A DNA stretch of 64,000 bases from a virus. The stretch lies in the IMG/VR virus record IMGVR_UViG_3300037140_000076, positions 32,001 through 96,000 of that record. One strand, given 5' to 3'. The notes beneath the pieces are model-generated. The model saw nothing but the letters and a program-made list of their open reading frames with translations. It was not told the DNA's origin and did no database searches. A program made the position numbers and the translations under genes. Shown here in pieces: positions 10,692 to 20,824 of this stretch (its first letter is position 1; each line of letters begins with the position of its first letter).

Positions 10692-11176
10692 AATTTAATT
10701 ATTTAGTCATTAACCCAATATATTTAATTGGTCTTTTCTTTTCATCAAGATATGCTACATGAATGGTTGCTACTAGATCTGAAGTAATTACTTCATACCC
10801 CTTTATCCAAAATAGTTTATCTCCAAGCCAGGTAGGACTACTAATAGATGTATCAATACATATTATTATTTGAGGTATTGTATCAAATCTTACTTGACCC
10901 TTTGCTGATAACATTGCACAAAACATAAACCATAACCATAATATAACATATGTTATAGCGGCTCCTTTTAAATTTCTTTTAAATCCCATACTCTTAGTCA
11001 TAGTTGTTTATTTTCTATTTCAGTTAATCTATTACACATTGTTTCCCACTCCCCTCCGGTCTCTTCATCCCTTACAGTACAAAAGTATTTTCCCTTCCTT
11101 ACAAGGGTAACGGTACCTCCATTATTGAATTCATTGTCAATAATATACTGTTTTCCGTCTACAAGATCTATTTCTT

Positions 11177-11524
11177 TTACCATTGTTCTTCAGTTTGTAA
11201 AGCTTTAAATTTATCTATTTCGTGATACTTTTTAATATTGTCTCTTAATGACATTTTTTGAATGTTCCAAATATGATACCCTGCTTCATTATGTATACGG
11301 TCTATTGAATCTCCCATACCTGGTTGAAAATCATTTTTCATACACCATGCTCTAAATTCAGGAAGAGTTATAGTAAAATCTTTTGGACGTTGTTTAGCTC
11401 TATCCTTTAGATTCTGCCAAATATATTTAATTGGGTCCAGGTCTCTTCTTTTCCTGGAGCGGCAAGTTGCACTATGGGCGTTGTCCTTACATTTTTCAGT
11501 ACAATGATCGGTACGGTATTGCAT
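11177..11524 (-). CDS. HNH-like protein
   Basis: SIDRIHNEAGYHIWNIQ resembles an HNH/His-Me core. Confidence 0.55.
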   Translation of the reverse strand: MQYRTDHCTEKCKDNAHSATCRSRKRRDLDPIKYIWQNLKDRAKQRPKDFTITLPEFRAWCMKNDFQPGMGDSIDRIHNEAGYHIWNIQKMSLRDNIKKYHEIDKFKALQTEEQW

Positions 11525-11528
11525 ATAA

Positions 11529-12671
11529 TCATCTTTTAGAAAACACTTCTACAGCTATAAAGCCGTTTAAATAGTGACTGCGGGGCCTTTCCCATTGATT
11601 GGTATCAATATGCCAGGCAATCTCTTCCAGGGTCTGTTCCCATCCCGTTATCCTTGTTCCTTCCATGCCGGATCTCTTTATCTGAAGGTCTGAGCCTTTG
11701 TAACCATACAGATACGGAATCTTTTCCTGGTCATCAATAACCACGTTAAGAGGATTCATTATACTATAATCACTATATTGTCCTTTTTTATATGTCTTGA
11801 TCCAGGCATGTAAAAGGAAATCGTAGATACTATGTTGTAGGGGATAATCAAATCTCCGTATTGCATCAGGGAAAAGGAAAGTATTGTTTGTATATTTTAA
11901 ATCCACTTCCCGGATCTCCTTGCGTTTGTGATTGATATGTATAATATCAAGCATTCCTTTCATAGGTAAGAGTTCAAGATTATCAAGACCACTTAATTCA
12001 AATTCAGTAAAAATCTGTTGCTGAAACAGGACTTCACAATCCTTCTTAGCAATAAAGAATCCCCGGCTAATTGGATCGGTCTTCAATATTTCTGCAAGTT
12101 CTTTTGCCAGGGCGAGTTGATCAGAGTCTATTACGATCTTATTTCCTACCTTAGTAAGGAAATCAAAGAATTCTGATCCGCTCTTTACTACATCATTATA
12201 TCCCCGTTCTAAATTATTTACCCAGAATTCATGTTCTGTACAAAACTTCTTTACAATATCTTTATTTTCTGTAAGATCATACTTTTTAATTCGAACGATC
12301 TTAGCTATTTCATCAGGATACAGATTTCCATCTTGTGCATCTCTATTTCTGATCTCTACATCAGTCTTATCATTAAGTTCCTTAGCATTCTTATTAAGCT
12401 CAGTAATATGATCAAAAACCGACCTGGTTATAAGAACAATATTATCTGAAGGTTTTGCTACCTCAGAGAGGATAAACCTCTTTTCAAAGAGTTCGGGATT
12501 AAAGATAAGAGTATCTAGTAGGTTACCGAATTCCATCTCCTCAGATGTCGTTTTTGGACGAATGTTTAGTATCCATTTATTATACCAGGCTTTGGGGCTT
12601 AGTATTCGCCAATCTTTAATAGAGGATTGCGAAATTGCGAATTTATTTTTGTATTCTGAGGGTTGTGACAT
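11529..12671 (-). CDS. PD-(D/E)XK exonuclease (RecE/Cas4-like)
   Basis: SQSSIK, FGNLLD, KGMLD...EVDLK, YPLQHSIY. Confidence 0.75.
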   Translation of the reverse strand: MSQPSEYKNKFAISQSSIKDWRILSPKAWYNKWILNIRPKTTSEEMEFGNLLDTLIFNPELFEKRFILSEVAKPSDNIVLITRSVFDHITELNKNAKELNDKTDVEIRNRDAQDGNLYPDEIAKIVRIKKYDLTENKDIVKKFCTEHEFWVNNLERGYNDVVKSGSEFFDFLTKVGNKIVIDSDQLALAKELAEILKTDPISRGFFIAKKDCEVLFQQQIFTEFELSGLDNLELLPMKGMLDIIHINHKRKEIREVDLKYTNNTFLFPDAIRRFDYPLQHSIYDFLLHAWIKTYKKGQYSDYSIMNPLNVVIDDQEKIPYLYGYKGSDLQIKRSGMEGTRITGWEQTLEEIAWHIDTNQWERPRSHYLNGFIAVEVFSKR

Positions 12672-13257
12672 TTAAAAATTCATTTAATGATTTAGGAATG
12701 TATTTTGTTTTCCACTGTCCGGTTCTAGGATTCTTTTTATATTTGAAATCAGGAATTGCTTCCTGGGGCATGAACGTTCCTTCAAACAGGTCTTCAGGAA
12801 TAATCAAATCTACAAATATATTTTTAATAGACCAAATTACTTTTTGTATAACACTAAAACGTGCTGTTTTTCCATGTTGATCAAAGGTCGGTTTAATTTC
12901 AGCATATGTAACTCTTCGAAACTCATATTCGTATGATCCAAAGAACCAGCTTTTCGGATTAATATTACCTTCTATTAAAGAGACAAATTTATTCCATCCA
13001 TTGTCCGTCCATTTTATCATGAAGTCGGGAGTATAAGTTAGATCGTTTAAAAGAGTAAAGTTTTTGACTTCTTTTTTTTCTTTTGTCTTTAATTGTGTGG
13101 TCCGTGTATAAAGAAATTTTACTGGATCAAGAATTTGCATCGGAGTATTAATTTTATACCATTCCTGAATGAATTCAGCTTGTTTAAGTTCTTCTAACCA
13201 CATAGCAAACCATACCTCTTCTCGACTATCGAATATAATATTTTTATAAGTTTCCAT
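12643..13257 (-). CDS. putative PD-(D/E)XK endonuclease
   Basis: FDSREE, YTPDF, EIK; start moved to METYK. Confidence 0.6.
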   Translation of the reverse strand: METYKNIIFDSREEVWFAMWLEELKQAEFIQEWYKINTPMQILDPVKFLYTRTTQLKTKEKKEVKNFTLLNDLTYTPDFMIKWTDNGWNKFVSLIEGNINPKSWFFGSYEYEFRRVTYAEIKPTFDQHGKTARFSVIQKVIWSIKNIFVDLIIPEDLFEGTFMPQEAIPDFKYKKNPRTGQWKTKYIPKSLNEFLNVTTLRIQK

Positions 13258-13262
13258 ATATT

Positions 13263-13760
13263 TTAATATTTCCAAATAAAACCCCCTGCTGTGTTTCTTT
13301 TTCCTTTTGCACAATAACTAATATTAACACCGTGTATTTTTGTTTTTTTGGCCGCTTCTGTTATTGATTTATATATTTTTATTAATTTTCCTGAGATACT
13401 GTATTGTTTTATTTTTATAGGTGGACCATATTGTATTTTAAGGACATTCATTGCATGTTTTTTATTTTCTGAATCAGTTACCCATTCCAAATTCCAATCA
13501 TTATTATTCAATTTATTTCCATCTTTATGATTAACGTAAGGTTTATTTTCTGGGTTTGGGATAAAAGTCAAAGCAACTAAACGATTAATTCTTTTATTAT
13601 ATGATTTATTATTTTTCCATAATAAAGTATTATAATAACCTCCTGTTTTTAGTTCAAATGCTTTTAATTTATTTCTTTTTATAGATTTAACTTGTCCAGT
13701 AGTACTAACTTTATATAATCCTTCATATCCTTCTATATCTTTCCAAACCTCTAAATTCAT
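13263..13760 (-). CDS. NUMOD4-HNH homing endonuclease with NUMOD1
   Basis: WKDIEGYEGLYKVS, VNHKDGNKLNN..NLEWVT..EN. Confidence 0.92.
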   Translation of the reverse strand: MNLEVWKDIEGYEGLYKVSTTGQVKSIKRNKLKAFELKTGGYYNTLLWKNNKSYNKRINRLVALTFIPNPENKPYVNHKDGNKLNNNDWNLEWVTDSENKKHAMNVLKIQYGPPIKIKQYSISGKLIKIYKSITEAAKKTKIHGVNISYCAKGKRNTAGGFIWKY

Positions 13761-13997
13761 AAATCATTTTGTGTTAAGAGAGCACCATAAAATTCCTGAA
13801 AATTGTCATCAAATTTTTTGATCTCATTTTTGTCAACCCCTCTTCTTTGAAGTTCATCAAGGACCCACATAGCAAACCTATATTTTTCATGATAAACAGC
13901 AATACCATAAAACGTAACAAGGACTTCTGCGGGGGTGTTTACAATTTCAGCTTCTACACTTTTTCTTGTTAAGAGAAATGGTTCCTGGCTCATTTGA

Positions 13998-14330
13998 TTA
14001 TTGTTTATAGTTCCATAATATATCTTTATATCTGATCAACAGATATATGACCCCGCGAATATTTAATTGACGACCTGCTTCTTCTCCCCATAAAATGTGA
14101 TCTCCGAGTTTATACTTAACCGGTTTACCATCGGAGCGATCTCCAAGTCTTACTACTATACCTGTATCAGGTTTTTCCACGCTCATGTCTGGTAAATAAA
14201 TACCCCCTTCTGATTTGTTATTTCCTTCATCTTGAAGTACTAAAAGGCTATCATCAGGAGCATCACCCAAATTATCAGGAATAACAATAAAATTTTCATC
14301 TGTAACCGGTTTTTTATATGCTTTTTTCAT
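13998..14330 (-). CDS. groES: co-chaperonin GroES-like
   Basis: SEGGIYLPD...EKPDTGIVVRLG...KLGDHIL...YLLIRYKDIL. Confidence 0.8.
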   Translation of the reverse strand: MKKAYKKPVTDENFIVIPDNLGDAPDDSLLVLQDEGNNKSEGGIYLPDMSVEKPDTGIVVRLGDRSDGKPVKYKLGDHILWGEEAGRQLNIRGVIYLLIRYKDILWNYKQ

Positions 14331-15334
14331 ATTACTTTGTTTTGTTTTAAAAATTGTTCTATCGCACCCAACCCCTTAACCTTTGCCAGGTCAGCATAGT
14401 CCTTGATTCCTTCTTTTTCAAACTGTTCTATAGGAAGGTGGAGGGGTTTAAACCCCTTTTCTTCCATTGCAGCCATCTCAGACAGGCCCTTCTCATCCGG
14501 GTCCCACCCCAGGTAATTGTCAGGGAAGTTAAAAAGCAACTTCTTAGCTACTGTATCCAATGCCCCCTCAGACTCATTTTGAGACGCTATAACGGACCTT
14601 AAAAACTTCATGAGGATAATCCTGTCCTTTTGCGCTTTAGCCACAAAACAGAAGGGAGAACCGTATTTAAGGGTATCCATTCCAAACGGGACATCCAGGG
14701 GTATGTTGGTGATCCAGCGGAGGGTTTCGCTCCCTGGAGCATAGATCTTAGTTCTCATCTCCCCTTTATTCATTAGGGTGAGGGCATACCGGTTTTCGTT
14801 GTTTGGGTTAGATACTGGAAAATCGTTTATAAAAAGACGCTTTATAGGATATATTCCTTCTCTTTCTAGTTCTTGCTTGGTAATGTGATATTGTTTCCAG
14901 TAAGCTAGATTAGAATCATTCCATTTATCGGCAGAAAATATGATCCTGGTGTCCTTTTTAAAGGATTTATCAAAGTCCTTTAACTGTTTAATTACTTTTT
15001 TAACTTCAGTAGTTTGTATTCCAGTTACAAGTCCAAAATCTGAAGCTATCTTTTTGATTGCATCAGAAAAAGATAAGTTATATAATTTCTCTACAAATGC
15101 AAAACAATCAAAAGCCCAATCTTTTCTAGCCAGGTCATTATAAATTAATTTACCTGATTTTGAAACGTAGAATCCACATGATGGATTTTTGTCTCTGCGA
15201 AGTTTTGAGCAATAGATTTGTCCAATCTTAAATGGTCCATGATAGTACCCGAAAATTTGTGCTTCGCTGATTTTACTTAAAATAAAATCTCTGTTTATTT
15301 TCTTAGGAGACTCAACTGTTTTAAAATCGAACAT
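14327..15334 (-). CDS. DNA primase (crAss-like)
   Basis: LRRDKNPSCGF, DCFAFV, Toprim-like WDPDEKG and KDYAD; start moved to MFDFK. Confidence 0.75.
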   Translation of the reverse strand: MFDFKTVESPKKINRDFILSKISEAQIFGYYHGPFKIGQIYCSKLRRDKNPSCGFYVSKSGKLIYNDLARKDWAFDCFAFVEKLYNLSFSDAIKKIASDFGLVTGIQTTEVKKVIKQLKDFDKSFKKDTRIIFSADKWNDSNLAYWKQYHITKQELEREGIYPIKRLFINDFPVSNPNNENRYALTLMNKGEMRTKIYAPGSETLRWITNIPLDVPFGMDTLKYGSPFCFVAKAQKDRIILMKFLRSVIASQNESEGALDTVAKKLLFNFPDNYLGWDPDEKGLSEMAAMEEKGFKPLHLPIEQFEKEGIKDYADLAKVKGLGAIEQFLKQNKVI

Positions 15335-15402
15335 AATGTTGTTTAAAAGAAAAGGTGGGTCTTTCTTTCCCACCCTTCTTATTTATCACACCAATTAAAA
15401 TA

Positions 15403-16038
15403 CTACCAAGGACATTCGTCTTCTGCCGCTACTGCTTTTTCTTTCTCTTTAGATTTGGTTTTGGTACTACCGTTAGATTTAACATCATCTTTCTTAGCAC
15501 CAATTTCCGTATCGTCCGAGTCATTCAAAAGACCGTTTGGTTTATCAGATACTTCGCTAGTAGAATTATTCTTTCTGATAACCCTTTTGTATTCCTTTGA
15601 TCCTGGTTCGAATTCACCAAGTTCGAAGTCTGAATCTTCATCAATGAAGAATCCAGCGTAAGGAAGGCAAGCAAAAACTGTTGTTCCACTTTCATTACCA
15701 CCCACCAAGATAGTCTTAGTAATTGGTTTTGAAGTCAACCATTTTTGAAAATACTCAGTAATTTCTTCGATTGAAGAGAAATTCTTTGTAAGAGGTTTAC
15801 CAAAGAAACCTTCATGAAGATACTGAAGACGACTCATTGTTACTTCTATTCCCTTTTCGGTAGCAAAAGTAAATTTTTCAATGAATGATACACCATCTTC
15901 GTTTTCAAATTTGAAACCGATATAGACGGTTCCTTTTGCAAATTTGTCCTGTTTTACTTCAGTTACTTTCAACCGGTATATACCTGGGTTTAAGTAAGAA
16001 TTGGCTGTTGCGGCCTTAGTTCCTGAAAAATTGTACAT
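15403..16038 (-). CDS. putative single-stranded DNA-binding protein
   Basis: LNPGIYRLKV start, acidic tail ending EDECPW, next to a Sak4-like ATPase. Confidence 0.55.
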   Translation of the reverse strand: MYNFSGTKAATANSYLNPGIYRLKVTEVKQDKFAKGTVYIGFKFENEDGVSFIEKFTFATEKGIEVTMSRLQYLHEGFFGKPLTKNFSSIEEITEYFQKWLTSKPITKTILVGGNESGTTVFACLPYAGFFIDEDSDFELGEFEPGSKEYKRVIRKNNSTSEVSDKPNGLLNDSDDTEIGAKKDDVKSNGSTKTKSKEKEKAVAAEDECPW

Positions 16039-16070
16039 GTTTGTGTTTTTTATTTTAAAATTTAAGTAAA

Positions 16071-16751
16071 CTAATTATAATATGAACTTATCGCTTTGGC
16101 TACTAAAAATAAATCATTTGGAATTTTCTGTTCTGCGAACATTCCTTCCGGAGTTTTGACGGTAGACCTGGATTTTCGGGTCCAGAAGAAGTGATTAACC
16201 TGTCCCTCTTCCCCATCCTCCTTATCACAAAGTAATACAGTTGTAAAAAGCCCTTCATAAGTAACCTTCTCTTTTACAAATTTACCCATAGTCTTAGCCT
16301 GGATCTGATCATTGCCTGAAACATCAGTCCCGGTTTCTACATGCTGAAGGATAAATATAATAAGGTCTTTACGTAATGATTTACATAGCTCAACCAGGTC
16401 AATCATATTGATTGCAATAGTATTAAACTTAGCCCAATCTTTTTCATCAATGCGAGAGGTGTAAGTGAATAGAGAGAGATATTGATTATCGTCAATCACA
16501 ATTGCCTTGATTTCTGAACGATTATCACTTACATATTTTAGAACTTTGGCAATAGTCTTTGTGCTCTTAGTCACAAGTAAATTACCCTGGCCGGTCTCCA
16601 TATTAAATTCTGGATACTTTGTTTCGGAACCTGGGAATGGCAGTTCTTTTCCTACTACATTCACAATGAATGTATTTTTGGAGGGGAGATTCTTAACCGA
16701 CCTGGATTTACCAGACGCGCTCTCACCAAGTATTAAACTTACTCTTGCCAT
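16071..16751 (-). CDS. Sak4-like AAA ATPase (ssDNA annealing)
   Basis: GESASGKS, IVIDDNQY, KTMGK, EGLFTTVL, KTPEGMF, IPND. Confidence 0.85.
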   Translation of the reverse strand: MARVSLILGESASGKSRSVKNLPSKNTFIVNVVGKELPFPGSETKYPEFNMETGQGNLLVTKSTKTIAKVLKYVSDNRSEIKAIVIDDNQYLSLFTYTSRIDEKDWAKFNTIAINMIDLVELCKSLRKDLIIFILQHVETGTDVSGNDQIQAKTMGKFVKEKVTYEGLFTTVLLCDKEDGEEGQVNHFFWTRKSRSTVKTPEGMFAEQKIPNDLFLVAKAISSYYN

Positions 16752-16820
16752 TTGTTGATTTATTTAAAGCAAATATAATAATAATATTTCGAATTCTAAA
16801 ATGTCTTTGTTAAAGAAATG

Positions 16821-17051
16821 TTAATGTCTATGTCCTCCTCTACCCCCGCCTGAATGTATTCTCCTAACCTGAGAACGGTATGAATGACGGTAATAACTAT
16901 CCCCATCATAATAGTGATATGCTTCACGATGACCTCTGTAATAATAGTACCATACCCCCCTTTCATAATAATACCCATCAGGAGGAGGTGTAGTTCTACA
17001 GCTACTTGCTATAGATAGTAAAAAAATAATACTTAATAAAATGTATTTCAT
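16821..17051 (-). CDS. small lipoprotein
   Basis: signal peptide with lipobox IASSC; Tyr-rich body. Confidence 0.6.
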   Translation of the reverse strand: MKYILLSIIFLLSIASSCRTTPPPDGYYYERGVWYYYYRGHREAYHYYDGDSYYRHSYRSQVRRIHSGGGRGGHRH

Positions 17052-17595
17052 ATGTGTGTTTTTAGTTTTATAAATTATTTGCTATTTTAAATGTATCGTT
17101 TAATATTGCATCTCCATCCATCTCGGTCTGGACCAAATCAAAACGGGCCACAGACAGGGGAATTGATAATATCAGTTCTTCAAAGAACAGGACCCATTCC
17201 CCCGTTTCGACAACTCTTAAAGCTTCTCTTACGGTAAGATAGTCTCCCTTCTTAGGATATTTCAAACCATACCTTTGACGTTCTTCATCAAAGTTATAGT
17301 TACATTTAACCATATCTCCTTTCTCAGGTACTCTGTTTTGCATCGTTTTTGTTTTGTGGATACAATATAAGCTCATCTTCATAACAGGCAATGATTATGC
17401 TTTTTTCAGTTATTACATAGCATCCTCCTATTTCAAAAATTTCAATATCTTCTTCACCCTCTTTTATTTCTTTTACAACAAGAGCAATAGCTGCCTTTAT
17501 TTCAGGATCAACCCTTCCTATTGTTTTGAGTTCTGCCACAACATTGTCCTCAATCCTGCAAGAAATAATTATAATATCTTTATCTGATTTCATTA

Positions 17596-18750
17596 TCACA
17601 TTTTTATTCCTTTCAAAGCTAATTCGAGTTGGGGATTTGAAAAATACTCTGAAAACTCAAAAAGATCTCTTCTAGTTTCAAAGTTTGTATATCTGTTTTT
17701 CTTTCTATCAAAACGAAACCTAAGTTCCATTGGAACTCCAACTAATTTTTGTTTTTTAATCTTCTGAGAAGTAAATATTACTTGATCATCAATTTTATCT
17801 TTTGCGTATACTGGTCTCTGAATTGATAATATATTATCCGTTCCATCTCCCCAGGTTCCCCCTCCCTTGATAGTATAATAACTTGGTTTAGGAAAGTAAC
17901 CGTTATCCTGCATCCTTGGTGTCAATTGGTGCATTACAAGATGTAAGGAGATATTAGTTTGTCGAGCAAAGTCAGTACACAACGTTGTAACATATCCTGC
18001 ATATTTATCATCGGCATTCATGAATTCCTTGGGCCTGTTAATCTTTATTATTGGATCTATAACACAAACCGTTACTTCTTCCGTCTCAATTAACTTTTCA
18101 AATTCCTTTAATACATTTATTAAAGTGTTTTCTGGAGGACGAATATAAACAAAATAAAAATAGTCCTTAATTGAATTATATATTCGTCTGTATGTTGATT
18201 CCTTAATACATCCCAGGGGGTTATATTTATCCGTTGATCTCCCGGAAGCTGTATGAATTAAATCATCAAAGAATTCTTTAGCCGGAAAATCCTCCGGAGC
18301 ATAAAACGCAACTCTTGTCTTCTCCACAATACACTTTACAAGGCAAAGAAACCGCAAGAATTGAGATTTACCTTCATTAGTATAACCGGTCCATATATTA
18401 AATTCTCCGCGTCTCCAGGTCCAGGCTTCATCCAAACCTTTAATATATGTTGGGGTTCCTTTCTCTTTACCTTTTTTAAGATCAGAGATCATATCCTCAA
18501 TACAATCTTCCATCTTAAGAACACTAAAAAGCTCTCTCTTAGCAATATCCATACCAAGCTTGACCTGTTCTCTTTGGTATTTATCTACAATTGTCTCGTA
18601 AGAAAAGCCTTTTACAAGAGCTTTAAATACTCTTTTGTAATCAATAAATTCAGCATTAGGGAACTCATCAGAAAATTGTCTGCACTGTGCTATAATATAA
18701 GGAGATGAGTTTTCTGCTAATTCAATAAATTCTATGAATTCTTTGATCAT
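17596..18750 (-). CDS. replicative DNA helicase (DnaB/Twinkle-like, SF4)
   Basis: GYTNEGKSQF Walker A, VIDP, LVMHQ, IKGGG..GDGTDN; start moved to MIKEF. Confidence 0.85.
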   Translation of the reverse strand: MIKEFIEFIELAENSSPYIIAQCRQFSDEFPNAEFIDYKRVFKALVKGFSYETIVDKYQREQVKLGMDIAKRELFSVLKMEDCIEDMISDLKKGKEKGTPTYIKGLDEAWTWRRGEFNIWTGYTNEGKSQFLRFLCLVKCIVEKTRVAFYAPEDFPAKEFFDDLIHTASGRSTDKYNPLGCIKESTYRRIYNSIKDYFYFVYIRPPENTLINVLKEFEKLIETEEVTVCVIDPIIKINRPKEFMNADDKYAGYVTTLCTDFARQTNISLHLVMHQLTPRMQDNGYFPKPSYYTIKGGGTWGDGTDNILSIQRPVYAKDKIDDQVIFTSQKIKKQKLVGVPMELRFRFDRKKNRYTNFETRRDLFEFSEYFSNPQLELALKGIKM

Positions 18751-18754
18751 TATA

Positions 18755-19375
18755 TTAAAATAAATCTTTCTTCTTAATAACCTTAGTTCCCACTTCCTCA
18801 AGTTCTTTATTTTGCTGATCTACTTTTTTATCAACAAATGTCTTTGACCACTTCTTATCATTTTCAAGCCAGGTTCTTAATCTTCTAGTTACATCAAATA
18901 TTTTCTCAGTTTCAAATCTTAATTTTTTTCCTCCTGGATTCTTTTCTGTCCAATAATCATAAAATTCCGTACACATTTCTTTTTGATAACCTTTCTCTTT
19001 TCCAACCTGACGAATAGATTGCCAGAATTCTGATTTACGAGTTTCGATTGGTATAGGTTCGGTTTTAATTTTAACTCCAGGATCTTCAGTTACACCGTCT
19101 CTAAGTACTGAAATATAAGTTAATAATCTTTCTTCTGTTTTTTGAAACATTTGTTCACTATCTAAACCCATCTGAAGAGATCTGATAGAAATACCCATAT
19201 CAAGAGCACCTATTATATCCAGATATACAGATTCTGTTTTAAGAAACACAGACCCATGAAGATCTAACTGATCATTAATCTTTTTTAAGAAGAATAAAAT
19301 AGTTTCATTTGATCCCGAAGCTGTGTTTTTATAACCGCGAGATGACATTATTTGAATTGCTTCTTTTGATTCCAT
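18755..19375 (-). CDS. replication-associated hypothetical protein
   Basis: C-terminal EFYDYWTE...LRFE.EK.FD..RRL.TW, adjacent to the helicase. Confidence 0.55.
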   Translation of the reverse strand: MESKEAIQIMSSRGYKNTASGSNETILFFLKKINDQLDLHGSVFLKTESVYLDIIGALDMGISIRSLQMGLDSEQMFQKTEERLLTYISVLRDGVTEDPGVKIKTEPIPIETRKSEFWQSIRQVGKEKGYQKEMCTEFYDYWTEKNPGGKKLRFETEKIFDVTRRLRTWLENDKKWSKTFVDKKVDQQNKELEEVGTKVIKKKDLF

Positions 19376-19657
19376 ATTAATTTAATTGTGGGTCTTTAGG
19401 TAAATCAATAAATTTAACAGAACGTAATCCTCTTAATTCCCGGTCCAGCTTAGTAAACTCTTTTATTTGATCAAGACATTTAGAAGCATGAACGCCTTTA
19501 AGTTGAGGAATAAGTTCCTTCAAACGATTAAACTTTTCAAGATCTTCCTTTGTTTTAATGAAGTCAATATAGTCTTCATTATATTCTGCAATATAAAAGT
19601 CACTCATACTACGTGCGTTTTTAATTCTTTTTAAAGATACTTTTGGGGGTCGTCCTT

Positions 19658-20824
19658 TCACAGTTTCAATATTTTTAAATCTATATTTGATATATTTCCT
19701 GTTGCTTTTTCAATCCACCCCTTTACTACCGTTGCTTTCCAAGTTGGAGGAGTAACTGTCGTATTGGGTCTTGGATTCTTGATTGGAGACGTTTTAAGAT
19801 ACCAGGGAACCATAAATATTACCTGGGCCACTTCATCAATTCCCAAACGTTTCATTCTACCTGCCTTCTGTTCAAATTTTGTAGTAGATCCTGACATTGA
19901 TTCGAAAATTGCTATTTCTGCCTTTTTAAGATTAATACCTCTCTGTATTTTACTTACAACGGACAGAGCATTTATCTCACCGTTTTGAAATTTAGTAAGA
20001 TTATCTTCTCCCTCATTCTTTCCGTGAAAAGAATATTTACAACACCGATTAGCCTGTTCTGTAAGTTCACAAAATATAACAACTCGATTGTTTTTATCTC
20101 TTTGATAAATGAAATTCAGAATTTTTCTACAATTAAGATAAGAACTTTCAAGTGCATTTAAAAAATGTTTTCGTTTTCTTAACCAAAACCGCATATCAGG
20201 ATCTTCAAATCCAACTTCCGCTCTCATAAGAGATGAGATCTTCTTAGTCAAACTCTCATAAACTTTGGATTCCGCTTCACTCATCTTAAAGTTATAAACA
20301 TAATATTCTGTTCGGTTTACTACTCCTTTATCCTCAGCATCATCCATAGAAAGCTTAAAGACAATAGGAGCAATGACTACCAGGATCTTTTTCTTTTCCG
20401 GAGTTAAAGTTCCTGAAGCTAAAATTATATACTTCCAACTATTATTTTGAAAGAACTTTACATAAGAGGGGGTTAGGGCATAATCAACTTCATCCCCAAT
20501 AACCAAATCAAACTCTATACCGGTCCATTTGTATGTCGTCTGATAACATTGTAGACTTACTGCGTCTTTGAATTCAGGTGTACCCCACTTCTCCAATTCA
20601 GCCGGGAATCCGTCTTTTTCAGAGTCCCTGAGCCTTCTGTTATCACAAAGATATAAAACATTTTTGATTTTACCAGCATTGAAGAGTTCCAGGGCTAAGT
20701 CAATGAATATCTTGCCTTTACCCGATCCAACGGTGGAAAGGAAGGAAGCGTTATAATTTGCTTTTCTGACGGCAATTTTACATTCTTCTTGATTCTTTAT
20801 CCTAGCTTCCAGTGCTTTATCCAT
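19658..20824 (-). CDS. superfamily 2 helicase
   Basis: TVGSGKG, GDEVD, ASGT, RGIN, QKAGRMKR. Confidence 0.88.
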   Translation of the reverse strand: MDKALEARIKNQEECKIAVRKANYNASFLSTVGSGKGKIFIDLALELFNAGKIKNVLYLCDNRRLRDSEKDGFPAELEKWGTPEFKDAVSLQCYQTTYKWTGIEFDLVIGDEVDYALTPSYVKFFQNNSWKYIILASGTLTPEKKKILVVIAPIVFKLSMDDAEDKGVVNRTEYYVYNFKMSEAESKVYESLTKKISSLMRAEVGFEDPDMRFWLRKRKHFLNALESSYLNCRKILNFIYQRDKNNRVVIFCELTEQANRCCKYSFHGKNEGEDNLTKFQNGEINALSVVSKIQRGINLKKAEIAIFESMSGSTTKFEQKAGRMKRLGIDEVAQVIFMVPWYLKTSPIKNPRPNTTVTPPTWKATVVKGWIEKATGNISNIDLKILKL